A stretch of 64,000 bases of DNA from Octopus vulgaris. Lineage: Eukaryota. The DNA lies in contig OX597827.1 of the NCBI GenBank assembly GCA_951406725.2, forward strand, positions 48,918,001 through 48,982,000. Direction: 5' to 3'. A program made the translations under genes and the position numbers. Below the pieces are notes generated by a model that saw only the letters and a list, made by a program, of their open reading frames with translations, made no database searches and had not been told where the DNA came from. Shown piece after piece: positions 14,417-28,223 of this stretch (position 1 is the stretch's first letter; every line of letters begins with the position of its first letter).

Positions 14417-14730
14417 AGGCGCAGGTGTGACTGTGTGGTAAGAAGCTTGCTTCCCAACCACATGTTTCTGGATTTGATAGACGCAAAGTGAAAGAAGTTT
14501 ATACATATATGTATGTATAAATTTATGCATTTGTCTTCTACCCAACCCCCAACGCCACCCCATCGCTTGACAACCGATGTTGGTGTATTTATGTCTCCAT
14601 AACTTAGCGGTTCGGCAACACATATCGATAGGATAAATACTTGAATAAGTCCTGGGGTCGATTTCTTTTGACTAAAACCTTTTAATGCGTTGCACCTGCC
14701 GTCAAGTGATTGAAATAAGTAAAAGAATAA
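14417..14730 (+). mobile_element. SINE family A (internally deleted)
   Basis: Head and tail match family A. Confidence 0.7.
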
Positions 14731-14738
14731 AATAATTT

Positions 14739-14782
<44 letters not shown>

Positions 14783-14934
14783 CAAAGGAATTCCAACTCT
14801 TTCTGGTTTTTATGTTTTATTTATATTATTTATAATATTAATGTAGAATATAGAATATATAGTATAAATAGTAATATGAAATGAAGTATTGATTGTCTTA
14901 TTGAATTGATGAAATATTGAACATCAAATATTAA

Positions 14935-14978
14935 GGGACTAGTATACTTTCTTGCATTTAAGCAGTCTTCAAGGTCCC
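14935..14978 (-). ncRNA. Minimal/variant type I hammerhead motif (Penelope-like)
   Basis: Minus strand reads GGGAC-CTTGAAGA-CTGCttaaatGCAA-GAAA-GTATAC-TA-GTCCC. Palindromic stem III. The core has an extra T and the stem II base is mismatched. Lies in a ~330-bp island between TA-rich tracts. Confidence 0.5.
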
Positions 14979-15195
14979 AGATCGTGACAGGAATGTTTCA
15001 ACTGTAGTTGACTGGCTGTCTTTTGTCCTTTATATACGTTCCTGTGGATAGCAGTAGGAGCTGTTTGGCTATTTTCAGAGATGATGCCATATCATATATG
15101 TATATCATACATCATATATATCATATATATATATATGTGTACATATATATATATGTATACATATATATATATATGTGTGTCTGTGTGTTTGTATG

Positions 15196-15241
<46 letters not shown>

Positions 15242-15944
15242 AATCTATATGTGTGTGTGTCTGTATGTATGTATATATGTATGTATGTATCTATATGTGT
15301 GTGTGTGTCTGTATGTATGTATATATGTATGTATGTATAAAAGAAAATCGAACAGCGTGGATTAAGTATTCATGTACCAAATGTTTATTATCTGTTGAGA
15401 CAAAATTAAAACATTAACCTCTTTCCTAGAAAGTAGAGCAAACTAAACTGTGTTAATCACTATCAGTTATATGCATGAGAGAATTCTTAATTGCAATTTA
15501 CGCCAATATATCTTCCGATTAAACATTTTCCTTCTTTTACGCTCATTTGAAGCCATCTCTTCCTTTTTACAGACCCCAGGGAGTCCAGTGTTGTCCCGCA
15601 ACTATTTTAGAAGACAGCCAGCTAGAAAATGCTTTCCCTGTCACTCTAAACACTCCCAATGTAGCAATGCGCCACATGCCGTGTTATTAGATAGTATGTT
15701 TAAAGCCTTCTATAATAAATTGTGTTGTTATCGAATATATTCAAATGTATAACAATTCAGAAATTGAAACTCAACTCTTGCCAATGACACGTTTATAATT
15801 TGTTTAACATATCGACCATTCACTATAAAATATTTACGTATGCAACAGTCGTATGGATCGTATAGTAAGAATTTGTCTACACGCACGCATGCGCACAGGC
15901 GTGCACATACAAGCGGATATAAACACGTGCGTACTTATATATTA

Positions 15945-16165
15945 CTTTACTACCCACAAGGGGCTAAACACAGAGGGGACAAACAATGACTGACAAACGG
16001 ATTATGTCGATTATACCGACCCCAGTGCGTAACTGGTACTTAATTTATCGACCCTGAAAGGATGAAAGGCAAAGTCAACCTCGGCGGAATTTGAACTCAG
16101 AAGGTAACGGCAGACGAAATACGGCTACGCATTTCACCCGGCGCGCTAACGTTTCTGCCAGCTCG
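15945..16165 (-). mobile_element. SINE family C with Tx1-like 3' tail
   Basis: Reverse complement of 62797-63020. Confidence 0.8.
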
Positions 16166-16415
16166 CGTACTTATAGTCTACTGATCCGTTATTGGTAGGA
16201 TATACGAAAATTATTCAATCCAGTGAAAGATTAATATCATTTAATATACACAGGTCTGAAAAAAAGAACAAGCTACAATAAGTGACATTCCTCTGATAAT
16301 ATACAAAAAATGCATGAGCTTGTATAGTGTGCCATGCATTTTTAGGCAAACATATAACTGCTTGTATTTAAAACCTGAGTATATTGAAAAATATAAGTAG
16401 ATAGATAGATAGATA

Positions 16416-17822
16416 AGTTTCTTTATTGGCCACACAGGGCTGCACACAGATGGGACAAGTTACAAGGTAGAGCTTTTCTTTTGGGGGATGAAGAGAACAA
16501 AAAACAAAAGAAAAAAAAGGGGTGGCGTAGGTTTTCGATCAAGAGGGATCGTAAAAGGGAAGAAAAGAACAAAAACAAAAAAAAAATTGAATAAAATAAA
16601 AAGAATAAAAAGAAAAAAAAACAAAAGGAAAAGGAACAAAAGGAAAGAGAAATGAAAAAAGAAGAAAAAAGGGGAAAAAAAAGGGAAGAGGAAAAAAAAA
16701 AGGAACGATCAATAGGGATCGTGTATCACAGTGTTATGATATATGGTGTAAAGGGGAAAGCAAGTAAGGTTTATGCGTGGGAAGAAAAGCCTACGAAAAA
16801 GACCACGGTAACGTTGGTCAATATTGTTATATGTTACCACATTTGTTTGCAAGTGGGTAACCCTCTGTTTTCAATTTCTGGGTTCATAGGATTATGCTCA
16901 AGGTGGCTTCGTCATTCATACGTGCCATGCTTGCTACATTCACCCATCTTTTTTTAAAACATTCGCTAGACAAAACTTGCCTCTCTACTCTCACTTTCTT
17001 TTCAAGTGGTACTTGAAGAAGTTGATGAGAGATTGACCAGAGAGGAAAGTGTTTGTCTCCAATCCTTTCAGACGCGTCCACCAGATACATTCTTTCGTCA
17101 TAGCCACAAGGATGATGAAAATAGCTCTTCCTTCCCGTTTGAAGGAAGGAGGTGTGACAATATTGACGATAGACTCAGCTGATAAACCAACTCGTCCCAC
17201 ACGTGACAGCAGTTGTTCGACATAAGCCCACAGGTCGGAAATTGTTGGACACTGCACGAGTGCGCGCAGAACGGTTTCGTCGCTCTGACCGCATCTCGGG
17301 CAGGTCGGCCCCGTGTTTCTCGAGCCGTGTCTGTAGAGCTTATCCCGAACGGGTAGCGCTTCTCGGTAACACTGCCAGGCCAGGGATCTCTGGAAGTTGT
17401 CCATGGGCCCTGGCCCGAAAGTCGTCCTGAACAGGCGGGTCAGGTACTCCTCGTCGACGTCCAGGTTCGCCCCGAGCTCGTCGTCGTACCTCCCCTCCAC
17501 TAATCCCCTGTAGAATGCTTTGGTTGTGTTGAAGTCACTCAAGGTCGACCCAGGACGGCAGAGTTGCTTGAGAGCAACGCGACACTCGCGGTGCCATTCG
17601 CCCTTCCTCGGCCTCTTTTTGATCCACGACTGCAGTTCGGTCATGGAGACGAGCTGCGGGAAAGCGTGCCTCACAAACGGCGACCACACCTGTTCACCGT
17701 CGTCTATATAGAGCCAGAGATGTCGCAGTCTCAGCGCGTGCCTGCGCATCATCAACCACGGCATGCTCAGCCCTCCTTTTAACGGGTGTTGACAGCAAAT
17801 GGATCGCCTGACCATCGGGAAG
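16416..17822 (-). mobile_element. 5'-truncated Tx1 LINE (ORF2 C-terminus + 3' UTR) flanked by (GATA)n
   Basis: ORF homologous to 39215-40080 (WLMMRRHALRLRHLWLY, CPRCG). 3' tail TTGTCCCATCTGTGTGCAGCCCTGTGTGGCCAATAAAGAAA. GATA repeats on both sides. Confidence 0.9.
16884..17822 (-). pseudogene. Tx1 ORF2 C-terminal fragment with zinc finger
   Basis: PLKGGLSMPWLMMRRHALRLRHLW...CPRCGQSDETVLRALVQCP; frameshift near 16995. Confidence 0.85.
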
Positions 17823-17823
17823 C

Positions 17824-17900
<77 letters not shown>

Positions 17901-17901
17901 T

Positions 17902-18218
17902 GTTTCTTTATTAGCCACACAGGGATGAACACAGAGGGGACAAATTACAAAGTAGACCTTTTCTTTTGGGGGAGAAAAAGTGGGGGTAGGTTTTCGATCA
18001 AAAGGGATCGTAAAACAAAGAAAGAAAAACGAAGGAATAAACGATCAATAGGGATCGTGTATCACAGAAATGGCATGATGTAAAGTGTAAAGGGAGAAAC
18101 AGATAAGGTTTATCCGTGGAAAAAAAAGCCTACGGAAAAACCACGGTAACCTCGGTCAATAATGTCACATGATAACACATTTATTTGCAAGTAAGTAACT
18201 CTAAAGAAACTTTATTGA
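17902..18218 (-). mobile_element. Short 3'-UTR-only Tx1 copy flanked by (GATA)n
   Basis: Homologous to 16416-16870 (GATCAATAGGGATCGTGTATCACAG, CCACGGTAAC, same tail). Confidence 0.8.
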
Positions 18219-18220
18219 GA

Positions 18221-18278
<58 letters not shown>

Positions 18279-19364
18279 TAAACACGTACATACATTCACA
18301 GATAGACGCACAAGTAATTTAAATATAGATATCAGTATTTATGTATCACTGCTGTACTAGATTACTGAAATTAAAATCTGTGGTTTTGCATATTTGTTAG
18401 CAATGTTTATGTTCTATCAACTGACATGATTTCTATTAACGCACATGTTTGCTTTCAGCGAAGTTCAAACATCTGATGTGCAAACTGTGAGTTTTATCAG
18501 GTTTAGAGAGAATAGATTGTATGAGAGTTTGATATGTGAGGAGACAAGTCTTTCCACAAACGTTTCAAACCCATCCATTACAAAATTATTTCTAAGCAGA
18601 GACTGTCTACTCGATCTTTCTTACAGAAGTAAAGGAAGGAAGGTGAACTTCACGACAGACTCGATTGATACTCAATTTGCTCTTAAGTGGAATGAATTTA
18701 AGTATTTGCATTCATACAAATACTAATATTGTTATAGTAGCATAGAGCTGAGATTTGTTATGCCCTTTCTAGACTATGGTTATGAACACAACCTGTTTCC
18801 CTAATGTACGCGGCCACTGATGTTGTTTCTATATTGTTTTTTTTTCTTTTCGTAACTTAAGCTCTGTTAACTGCAATGATTTCAACGGTTTGCTTTTAGA
18901 TACGGTTGACTTAACCCAGGTTTCCAAGAGATGCATTTATTTCCGATTTGTAAGCTCTAACACTTCTTTCGTATTCGATATCATTATGATATTGCGTAGT
19001 AATCAAAATTCTCTATCACGAGATATCTTCTGTCCACACGAGTTCCGTGTCTATGATTACATGCTGGATACCAAATTCCATTTTTTTTTTTTTTTTTAAT
19101 ATTCACAGTTCTGAACATCAAAATAAATTGTGATGGTCTATATTTCATGATAGAAACGTTGCTTTGCACTTCGACATTGAAATAAAAATGTCCAGTCATC
19201 CGTCCTCGCTTTTTGACATAACATAAACTTTGATGTTGAGACTTATGACGATTTCAACATTTTTTCTCATACTTTCGTACACACTGACACGATCTGGTGA
19301 TTACTTTAAATCTGTTTTTCAGTTTCTCTCACTGTCACCAAATGAGAAAGTCAATTATAACAAA

Positions 19365-19760
19365 CTAGCAGTATCGCCCGGCGTTGCTCGGGTTTGTAAG
19401 GGAAATAACTATAAAGCATTTTTAGAGAGTTATAGCCAAAAAATAGAAAAAAATGCATTAAAAATGGAAAAAATATGATGGTAAATTTTTTTTTAAATCG
19501 TTGACTCATCGTAGACATTTTTAGAGAGTTACTTCCCTTAAAAAAAATATGTCTTAAAATGGAAAAAAATGATGGTAAATTATTATTTTTTAAATCGTAG
19601 ACTCATCGTAGACGCGTGCTAATACCCAGAAGGGCTCGATATGAATCACGACTATAAGATACCCGGTTTTGGTTAAACTGCACCGCAAAATGTGGGAGTA
19701 GTTAGGAATCTAAATCGAAGGGGACAGACACTCACACAACTACAGTTTTATATATAAAGA
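19365..19760 (-). mobile_element. Non-autonomous Helitron
   Basis: Same termini and body, with an internal ~100-bp duplication. Confidence 0.8.
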
Positions 19761-20920
19761 TTTCGGAGTATTTTTTTTTTTTTACAATACTTTTTTACAA
19801 TACTTAACAACAGCTTCGGTCACTTTCTAAAGAACAAATCTAGCACTGAAAAAAGAATATTGACGTGGTATTCAGCCCAGCTGTGTTTAGTAACAGCTGG
19901 AAGTGTGTTCTTAACTGTATACGAGAGACGGATGAGGAACAATGCAGTTATATGTGTGTCTTAAGTTAATCGATTAATCAATAGGATATTGTATTGCAGT
20001 GGCAGACGATTGTGATTCTACGGTTTTATTGTTTTGGACATCGGATTTCGAAAAGTTTAAAATTGTTGGTAACTAAAAATTTTTATGAGGATTTTAATGG
20101 TCTTTGGTAGAGGAAGAAGGGAGACGCCTATGAACATTATGAAAGAGGTTGGAGAACGTTGAATGGAAATAAGTCGAAACGCACACATATAAGCGCTTTC
20201 GCAGTAGGGAACAACATACACATGTGTGTATGTGTATATATGCACACACACACACTTATCTATACAAACTTCCACACATATCCATATATACATATATGTA
20301 TATGTGTGTGTATGTGTGTGTGTTCGTGTATATATATATATGCGTGTATATATATATATGTATATATATATGTATGTATTTATTTATATATATATCTATG
20401 CATGTATATATATATGTATGCATATATATATATATATATATATGTATGCTATATATATATATATATATATATATGTATGCATATATATATGTATATATAT
20501 ATATGTATGCATATATATATGTATATATATATATATGTATGCATATATATATATATATATATGTATTAATATCTATATATATATATATATATGTATGCAT
20601 ATATATATGTATGTATGTATGTATGTATGCATGTATTTATCAACGACTTTATTGCTGGTTTTTTAAACCAGCAGTCGCAAGTTCCCCCAGCCGTGGGCGT
20701 GTTTGGTAAAATTATACTTTTCGGAAGAGGCTAAGATGCATAGTTAAGACATTTGATTCGCTGTCATCGGTTACTTCGCCTTCAATGCTACTTTGTGGCG
20801 ACTTCAGTAATTTTCTTCTACTATATATTACCTTAGGCCACCAATTTATCTCTGAACGAATTTGATAGCACGGCAACAACGGAAGTCCGTTGTAGACGCA
20901 CGCATTTACATATACCTATG

Positions 20921-21118
20921 CAAAAAAGTTCCTGCTTTCAAAGGCGTGGTTGAGTTCTCAAACTTCTGAATTTTTTTTTACAGGGCTTATAAAAACTGAA
21001 GAACCGCTGCAATAAGTGTGAGAGCTGAGGGGAGTATATGTTGAATAAAATCATAATTAACTGATCCAGCTGTATTTCATTTTACCCAAATACGGGAACT
21101 TTTCAGCATCCCCTCGTG
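20921..21118 (+). mobile_element. Mariner relic (transposase C-terminal end + right TIR)
   Basis: Degenerate ...ELRGVYVE* (mariner GxYVE end) followed by GGAACTTTTCAGCATCCCCTCGT. AAAAGTTCC at the left end is the inverted match. Confidence 0.5.
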
Positions 21119-21263
21119 TGTTTGTGCTTGAGTACATGTCTGTGTGAGGGAGTGCAAAAACAGAGAAATCAAAAGAACAGATAAACATTTCATATGTCAT
21201 AATAAGCCTTGATATTTTCTTGCTCACCGACTTGATTTGTGATGTATTCAGCGTTTAACGTAT

Positions 21264-22200
21264 TGTTGTGAATAGTTCAGTTCAGGGACAGTACTTCTTG
21301 ACCTACTTTGCTTGGGGTGGAGTCTGAAAGTCTGGAATCCAAAGTTATAGTCCTTTGTTCTAGAAAGAGCGATAGCTTTTGGAAGGACCCCTCCCCTTTT
21401 GCCGGTCAAGGAGCTGTGAGTCTGTAGATCAGTTCCAGCCGAGAGATTGGGGTAGTAACATGGCAGAAGCGCAGAGAAAGACAGACATACAGTCATGAGA
21501 GATGATAGACGAGAGTATGACAGTAGAGTGAGGGGATGAGGGGCTGAGGAAGATATACACATAGGATTAACCAGCTAATAGAGATGGACTACGTTGTGAG
21601 GCATTGGCTGTTGTACGGTATGTGTTGATTATTGAGTTGTGTTACTTATGTAAAAGAATTGAACAATGTGAATTGAGTAAAGGACTTGTTGATGTGTTAT
21701 AAAGAACAATGTGAATTGTATTGATACGTGTTACAAAAAAGAAGGAAAAAGACAAGAAAAGAACTCTGAACTGTATCGTTAATGTGTACGTTAATTGAAC
21801 GTTATTTGTTTTAATTGGATTCGAAATATTGTCTCTGAACTGTTTATTGTATCTGCATGTTTAAATGCTTTGATCTGTTGCATGCTGTTGATTCTTTGAT
21901 TTATTTGATTTGTTGTTTCCTTCTTTGATATATCTGATGTATATTTAAATGTATTTGATGATGTAATAATTGTCATAAACTGTGGTTAAATGTAAGCCGA
22001 TTGCCTCTGTGTGTCTCTCTCTGTGTCTCTTCCTGCTGCTGTTGTTGTTGTTGTTATCTCTCTCCACTCTGAGTTCAGTGGCGAACTTTCGACGATCGAT
22101 CGAGCCTGGTCAATCGTGGTCGCTCGACTTGTTGGGATCCTGGGTTCGAGTTCGAGCAACGGCAGGTGGGATTCCGTAACAACTTTGGGATTCTGTAACA
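21264..22200. mobile_element. Solo LTR (Gypsy-like), 937 bp
   Basis: Termini TGTTGTG...TGTAACA with a 4-bp direct flank GTAT at 21260-63 and 22201-04; non-coding. Confidence 0.7.
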
Positions 22201-22670
22201 GTATTATTTCCCGACATTTGTAACGTATTTTCTCGTTGCAGTTTTTTAATATCCTGTTATTAAATTGCCTCCCTTGTTTAGTCTTATTTCATTAATCTGC
22301 TCCTTTCGCTAAATACTTTCTGTTTTATACAGAATGGCAACAAATTTGTAGTGAAAAATTAAACGATTCTATTACAATTGGTATTTGACCGATATTTTAT
22401 TTTATCAACACCGGATGATTTAAATGCAAAAATGACCACCGCAGAATTTGAACACGCAAAGCATGTTTTGAACACGCAAATCATGCTTTGAACACGCAAA
22501 GCATGTTTTCCGACGCTCTAACGATTCCACCAACAAACCACTTTAACGCTTTAGCATTTAAATCGGCCATATCCGGCCCAAATATTATTGTTCTTTGATG
22601 CTCAAACCAACTCGGTCTGACTTCTTACACTTACCCTACAATATCATTCTGAAACTACACAATCACATAT

Positions 22671-23087
22671 AGCGCAGGAGTGGCTGTGTGGTACGTAGCT
22701 TGTTTACCAACCGCATGGTTCCGGGTTCAGTCCCACTGCGTGGCACCTTGGGCAAGTGTCTTCTACTATAGCCTTGGGCCGACCAAAGCCTTGTGAGTGG
22801 ATTTGGTAGACGGAAACTGAAAGAAGCATGTCGTATATATGTATATATATGTATATGTATGTGTGTGTTTGTGTGTCTGTGTTTGTCCCCCTAGCATTGC
22901 TTGACAACCGATGCTGGTGTGTTTATATCCCCGTTACCTAGCGGTTCGGCAAAAGAGACCGATAGAATAAGTACTGGGCTTACAAAGAATAAGTCCTGGG
23001 GTCGATTTGCTCGACTAAAAGGCGGTGCTCCAGCATGGCCGCAGTCAAATGACTAAAACAAGTAAAAGAGTGAAAAAGAGTAAAGAG
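22671..23087 (+). mobile_element. SINE family A
   Basis: Full-length match. Confidence 0.85.
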
Positions 23088-23294
23088 CAACATCATCGAA
23101 ATCTCAAAGCTATGCGATAATGCATGATCAACACAAAACAATGTGAATGCATAAGTGTTTCATTTGACAATGATTTGAATGCTGAATGTTTAAACTGGAT
23201 GCTAAATAGCAACTGTGTCGTCATTTCCATGTTCATCAATTGTGATCACCGACTTCCCACCACAACCATTCTAATTTTGTTTTATCAGTTCCTC

Positions 23295-23529
23295 TTACTG
23301 TTTTACTTGTTTCAGTCATTTGACTGTGGCCATGCTGGAGCACCGCCTTTAGTCGAGCAAATCGACCCCCAGGACTTATTGTTTGTAAGCCTAGTACTTA
23401 TTCTATCGGTCTCTCTTGCCGAACCGCTAAGTTACAGGGACGTAAACACACCAGCATCGGTTGTCAAGTGATATTGGGGGGACAGTCACAGACACACAAA
23501 CGTATATACACACACACACACACACACAT

Positions 23530-23573
<44 letters not shown>

Positions 23574-23737
23574 GACGGCCCTCTTTCAGTTTCCGTCTAC
23601 CAAATCCGCTCACAAGGCTTCGGTCGGCCCGAGGCTTTAGTAGAAGACACTTGCCCAAGGTGCCACGCAGTGGGAGTGAACCTGGAACCACGTGGTTCGT
23701 AAGCAAGCTACTTACCACACAGGCACTCCTACGCCTA
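23295..23737 (-). mobile_element. SINE family A
   Basis: Full-length match. Confidence 0.85.
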
Positions 23738-24009
23738 TTCAATTTGTATTTATATTTACATCAACTCTTGCGTGTTTCACTTTAAAACAGTAGAGTTTGT
23801 ATTGAGATTTGGGTGATATTTTTAGTTGGTAGAATAAAGACGTAGAAAGTTACTAGTTAATACAGCAATAGCGCAGTACATCTTGATAGATTGGATAAAG
23901 ATTAAATATGTTTCTGCCTAAGCCGTTGACTACATTACAAGAAGCTTTACAGGATCACAACATTCAAATTCAACACAACAAACTACATACATGCCCCTTT
24001 GCCTTTGCT

Positions 24010-24174
24010 GGGAGTGGCTGTGTGGTAAGTGGCTTGCTTACCAACCACATGGTTCCGGGTTCAGTCCCACTGCGTGGCATCTTGGGCAAGTGTCTTCTAC
24101 TATAGCCTCGGGCCGTCCAAAGCCTTGTGAGTGGATTTGGTAAACGAAAACTGAAAGAAGCCCATCGTATATAT

Positions 24175-24249
<75 letters not shown>

Positions 24250-24447
24250 TGTCTGTATTTGTTCCCCTAGCATTGCTTGACAACCGATGCTGGTGTGTTT
24301 ATGTCCCCGTCACTTAGCTGTTCGGCAAAAGAGACCGATAGAATAAGTACTAGGCTTACAAAGAATAAGTCCTGGGGTCGATTTGCTCGACTAAAGGCGG
24401 TGCTCCAGCATGGCCACAGTCAAATGACTGAAACAAGTAAAAGAGTG
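24010..24447 (+). mobile_element. SINE family A
   Basis: Full-length match. Confidence 0.85.
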
Positions 24448-26205
24448 GCAAATATTGTATTAAGCACCAGTACAATGCTACTCAAACAAACTTATGATCG
24501 GTGACACACCAGCCGTGACCAACTTGTACGGGTTTTTTTCGGTATGTAGAAATACATTACACTTACATTTGTTTACTTGTTTAAGTCAGGGAAGTAGGAT
24601 GTGAGAGAAATTCAACTGTTGTTTCTCGCAGATCTATTCAGTGCGATTTACCTTTGTTGGCTGGCCGCAGTGAATTAAATAAAAAAGAACTATTCAAGCT
24701 AGATAGGATTTGGTCGTTATAGGGAATGTGTCTTTGTGTCTTGGTTTCAGAGTAGTACCAGTGAAAGAAACGAGCCAGTTAACAGCCCAGTAGTATATCG
24801 ATTATATCATCAATTTTGCTTTGTTTAAATTTAAATTTCTCATCCGTCAGTCTACCGTTGCAAGCATTGGTGGGGCGCCAGGCAATATATTTCGCAGTAA
24901 TCAGTCACATTTGTGTGGAACAGCATTGTTTCATTTTCTTTTTTTTTTGGCGAGGGGGGGTCAAACCCCGCGGAGTCGACATAACCTTTCATTCCTCTCA
25001 CTGTAATATCAATCGATTTTACTCTCATCACCAACTTAGAGTGACCATTCGTCTAATCTTATACCAAAAGAAAATATTATCAATATACATTAATAAAATC
25101 ATTATTGGCACACATGCCCCAAAATGTGTGTGTGTGTGTGCGTGCGTATATGTGTGCAAGTATGTGAGTGTATGTATATGTATGTATATGTGTGTATGTA
25201 TTTCAGTCGTGCAATTCATCAATGCTCTTTTTTTTCCTTCATCCTTCCGGTCGCTGCAGACGCTTCTTTATTCTACACTTTCATTCAGTCGTCTGCTTCC
25301 ACAAGTCGCCATCTTTGCCGAAGCAATGCAATCGTTCTTAACAATAATCCATTGGGTTAATGGATCAGTATATAATTGGTGTTTTCTATAAGCAAAAATA
25401 GTTCTCTTTGGCACGGAACCTAAATTTTGAATAGTCGACTGAGTGATGATTCATTTATCTATATATCGACTCATTAGCCTACTTTTTTTTCTTTCCTTTT
25501 CCTTTTCCAGACGAGAAATCTTCATATTTATTTTCATCCTGATTATTTCTTTGTCAATAGTCTGTGCTGGAGATATCTTAAGCAAGTAAAGAAAACTTCT
25601 TCGAATTCGGAAGTTGGTAATAATTTAAAGACTTTTCCATCATTCTTTTCTTTAAAGTTGTGCATTTAACCAGTATCCTAAGAGTAATATTATATGCTGT
25701 CTCGTCATATTTCTATGAGTTGTGCGGCTCTGAATAAGCAGCTAAATCCGTTTAAATAAAACCCAGCTTTAGTTTGTTTTTATTGACTTTTTGTACTCAT
25801 AGTTGCAGGCTATAATATGGTCATTCTACAGCAGGGGTAGATAAGTTATTTGAGAGGAACAGACTCATATGCTTTTCTTTTTTACGTTCAAGAACCGCAA
25901 CGAATATTTTTAAAATTATATTTAAAAACAATAAAGCGTTCTGCTCTACATTGTTATTCACTGAAGTAAACTGACAAATCTCTGCTTGCTGGAAGCGCTG
26001 CCCTCCTTGCTTCGTTTTAGCAGTGTATATTTGAAAACCAGCCATGTTTAAGTTTCAAGTTGTTTTAGGTTAAAAGAAGTAAAAAGCATTGAAAACCCTA
26101 TATTATTTCGGGAGTGTTACATATTCGCTCTGAGAGCGACATGTGAATTTCCAGCCTTAAATTATGCAACACTGCCATACTGCAAAAAAGCAATATATAT
26201 GTGTG

Positions 26206-26253
<48 letters not shown>

Positions 26254-26300
26254 CACTTACTTGGAAGAGGATGTGTGGCGTTCAATCATATAATAATATA

Positions 26301-26349
<49 letters not shown>

Positions 26350-26416
26350 TATGTGGACACAGGACGTCAGGAAACGTGTACAACCAAAATGTACGAAGCA
26401 GAGAATGTGTAATCTC

Positions 26417-26996
26417 CATGATGATGATGATGATGGTAGTTGTGGTTGCAGTTGTTGGTGGTGGTGGTAGTTGTGGTGGTGGTGTGGATGATGGTGATGA
26501 TGTGATGATGATGATGATGATGATGATGATGGTAGTGGTGGTTGCAGTTGTTGTTGTTGTTATTGTTGGTAGTGGTGGTGGTGATGGTGCTGCTGCTTCT
26601 GCTGGTGTTGGTGGTGACGACCACGACGACGGCGACTACGAAGGGAACATTGATGTTCATGGTGTGGTCGCTGATCTTGAAGAAGATAATTCTCCTGACG
26701 TTACTATCGGTATTAATGATGAAGATGGCGACAACGAGCATAACGACCATTACGGTGACGAGAACAATACTGCTGTCGCTACTGCTGCTGCTGATAGTGA
26801 TGATGATGATCATGATCATGATGAGTATAATGACGACGACGACGACGACGACGAGGATGATGATGATGATCATTATGATGATGATGAGGAGGAGGAGGAT
26901 GATGACGACGACAACGACGACGACGACGACGAGGATGATGATGATGATCATCATTATGATGATGATGATGAGGAGGAGGATGATGACGACGACGAC

Positions 26997-27082
<86 letters not shown>

Positions 27083-27105
27083 CGACGACGACGACAACGA
27101 CGACG

Positions 27106-27138
<33 letters not shown>

Positions 27139-27360
27139 ATGATGATGTAGAGGGGGAGGAGGTCGACGAAGCGGACGAGGATAACGACGACGATGATGAT
27201 GATGAAAGCGTAGATGTTGGTGCTGCCTGCAATCATTATGACAGTTGTCATGTGTACGATGAAGATGATGGCGATGAAGGCGATGAAAGCGACGAAGGCG
27301 ATGAAAGCGACGAAGGCGATGAAAGCGACGAAGGCGATGAAAGCGACGAAGGCGATGAAT
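26417..27360 (+). repeat. Compound (GAT/GAC/GGT)n trinucleotide array ending in 18-bp GACGAAGGCGATGAAAGC repeats
   Basis: Direct inspection; open in several frames because of low complexity. Confidence 0.85.
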
Positions 27361-27696
27361 GTTTTTTGTGCGCCCCGCCACGTTTTCTGCCACTTTGCAA
27401 CACTGACACCATCAACTCAGCCTCTTCTCGGTTAATATATTGACGTCTATTCAATTACATTTACTCCTTAAAAAGCTCAAAAGCTTCTCGTAAAAAGGAC
27501 AAAAAACAACAAAAAAAAAACACCAAGCAAAAAACACAACTAAATATAAAACCATGAATAAACAACAATTGTTGACTTTCCTTCGAAGTGAATTGAAGAA
27601 TTGAAGTAGACATACACACACACATACATACATACATACATACATACATACATACGTACGTACATACCAATAAGCATATATGTGTGTGTATGCGTG

Positions 27697-27746
<50 letters not shown>

Positions 27747-28186
27747 GTAAACATACTTATATGTACATATATATGTATATTCATACATTACACATATTTA
27801 AACATATACATCACTAAAATATTTGCACGCGCGTGCACACACACATACACACACAAAGCGAGACTGACAAAGAGACAAACAAATAGAGATAGAGGAAAAC
27901 ATATACGTATGTACATATACATATATATATAATACATATGCAGATATACATATGTATATATATATATATATATAAACATATGTGTGTATATAAATATATA
28001 TATGTATGTATGTATATATATATATATATATATTTGTGTATAAATATATGTATGTATATATATATATATATATATATATTTGTGTATAAATATATGTATG
28101 TATATATATATATATATATATATATTTGTGTATAAATATATATATGTATATATATATATATATATTTGTGTATAAATATATGTATG

Positions 28187-28223
<37 letters not shown>

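Noticed and set aside
26199-27443. 414-aa Asp-rich ORF resembling an acidic biomineralisation protein
   Set aside because: Starts in (TA)n, is open in several frames on both strands because of GAT/GAC repeats, and has no signal peptide; best treated as microsatellite.
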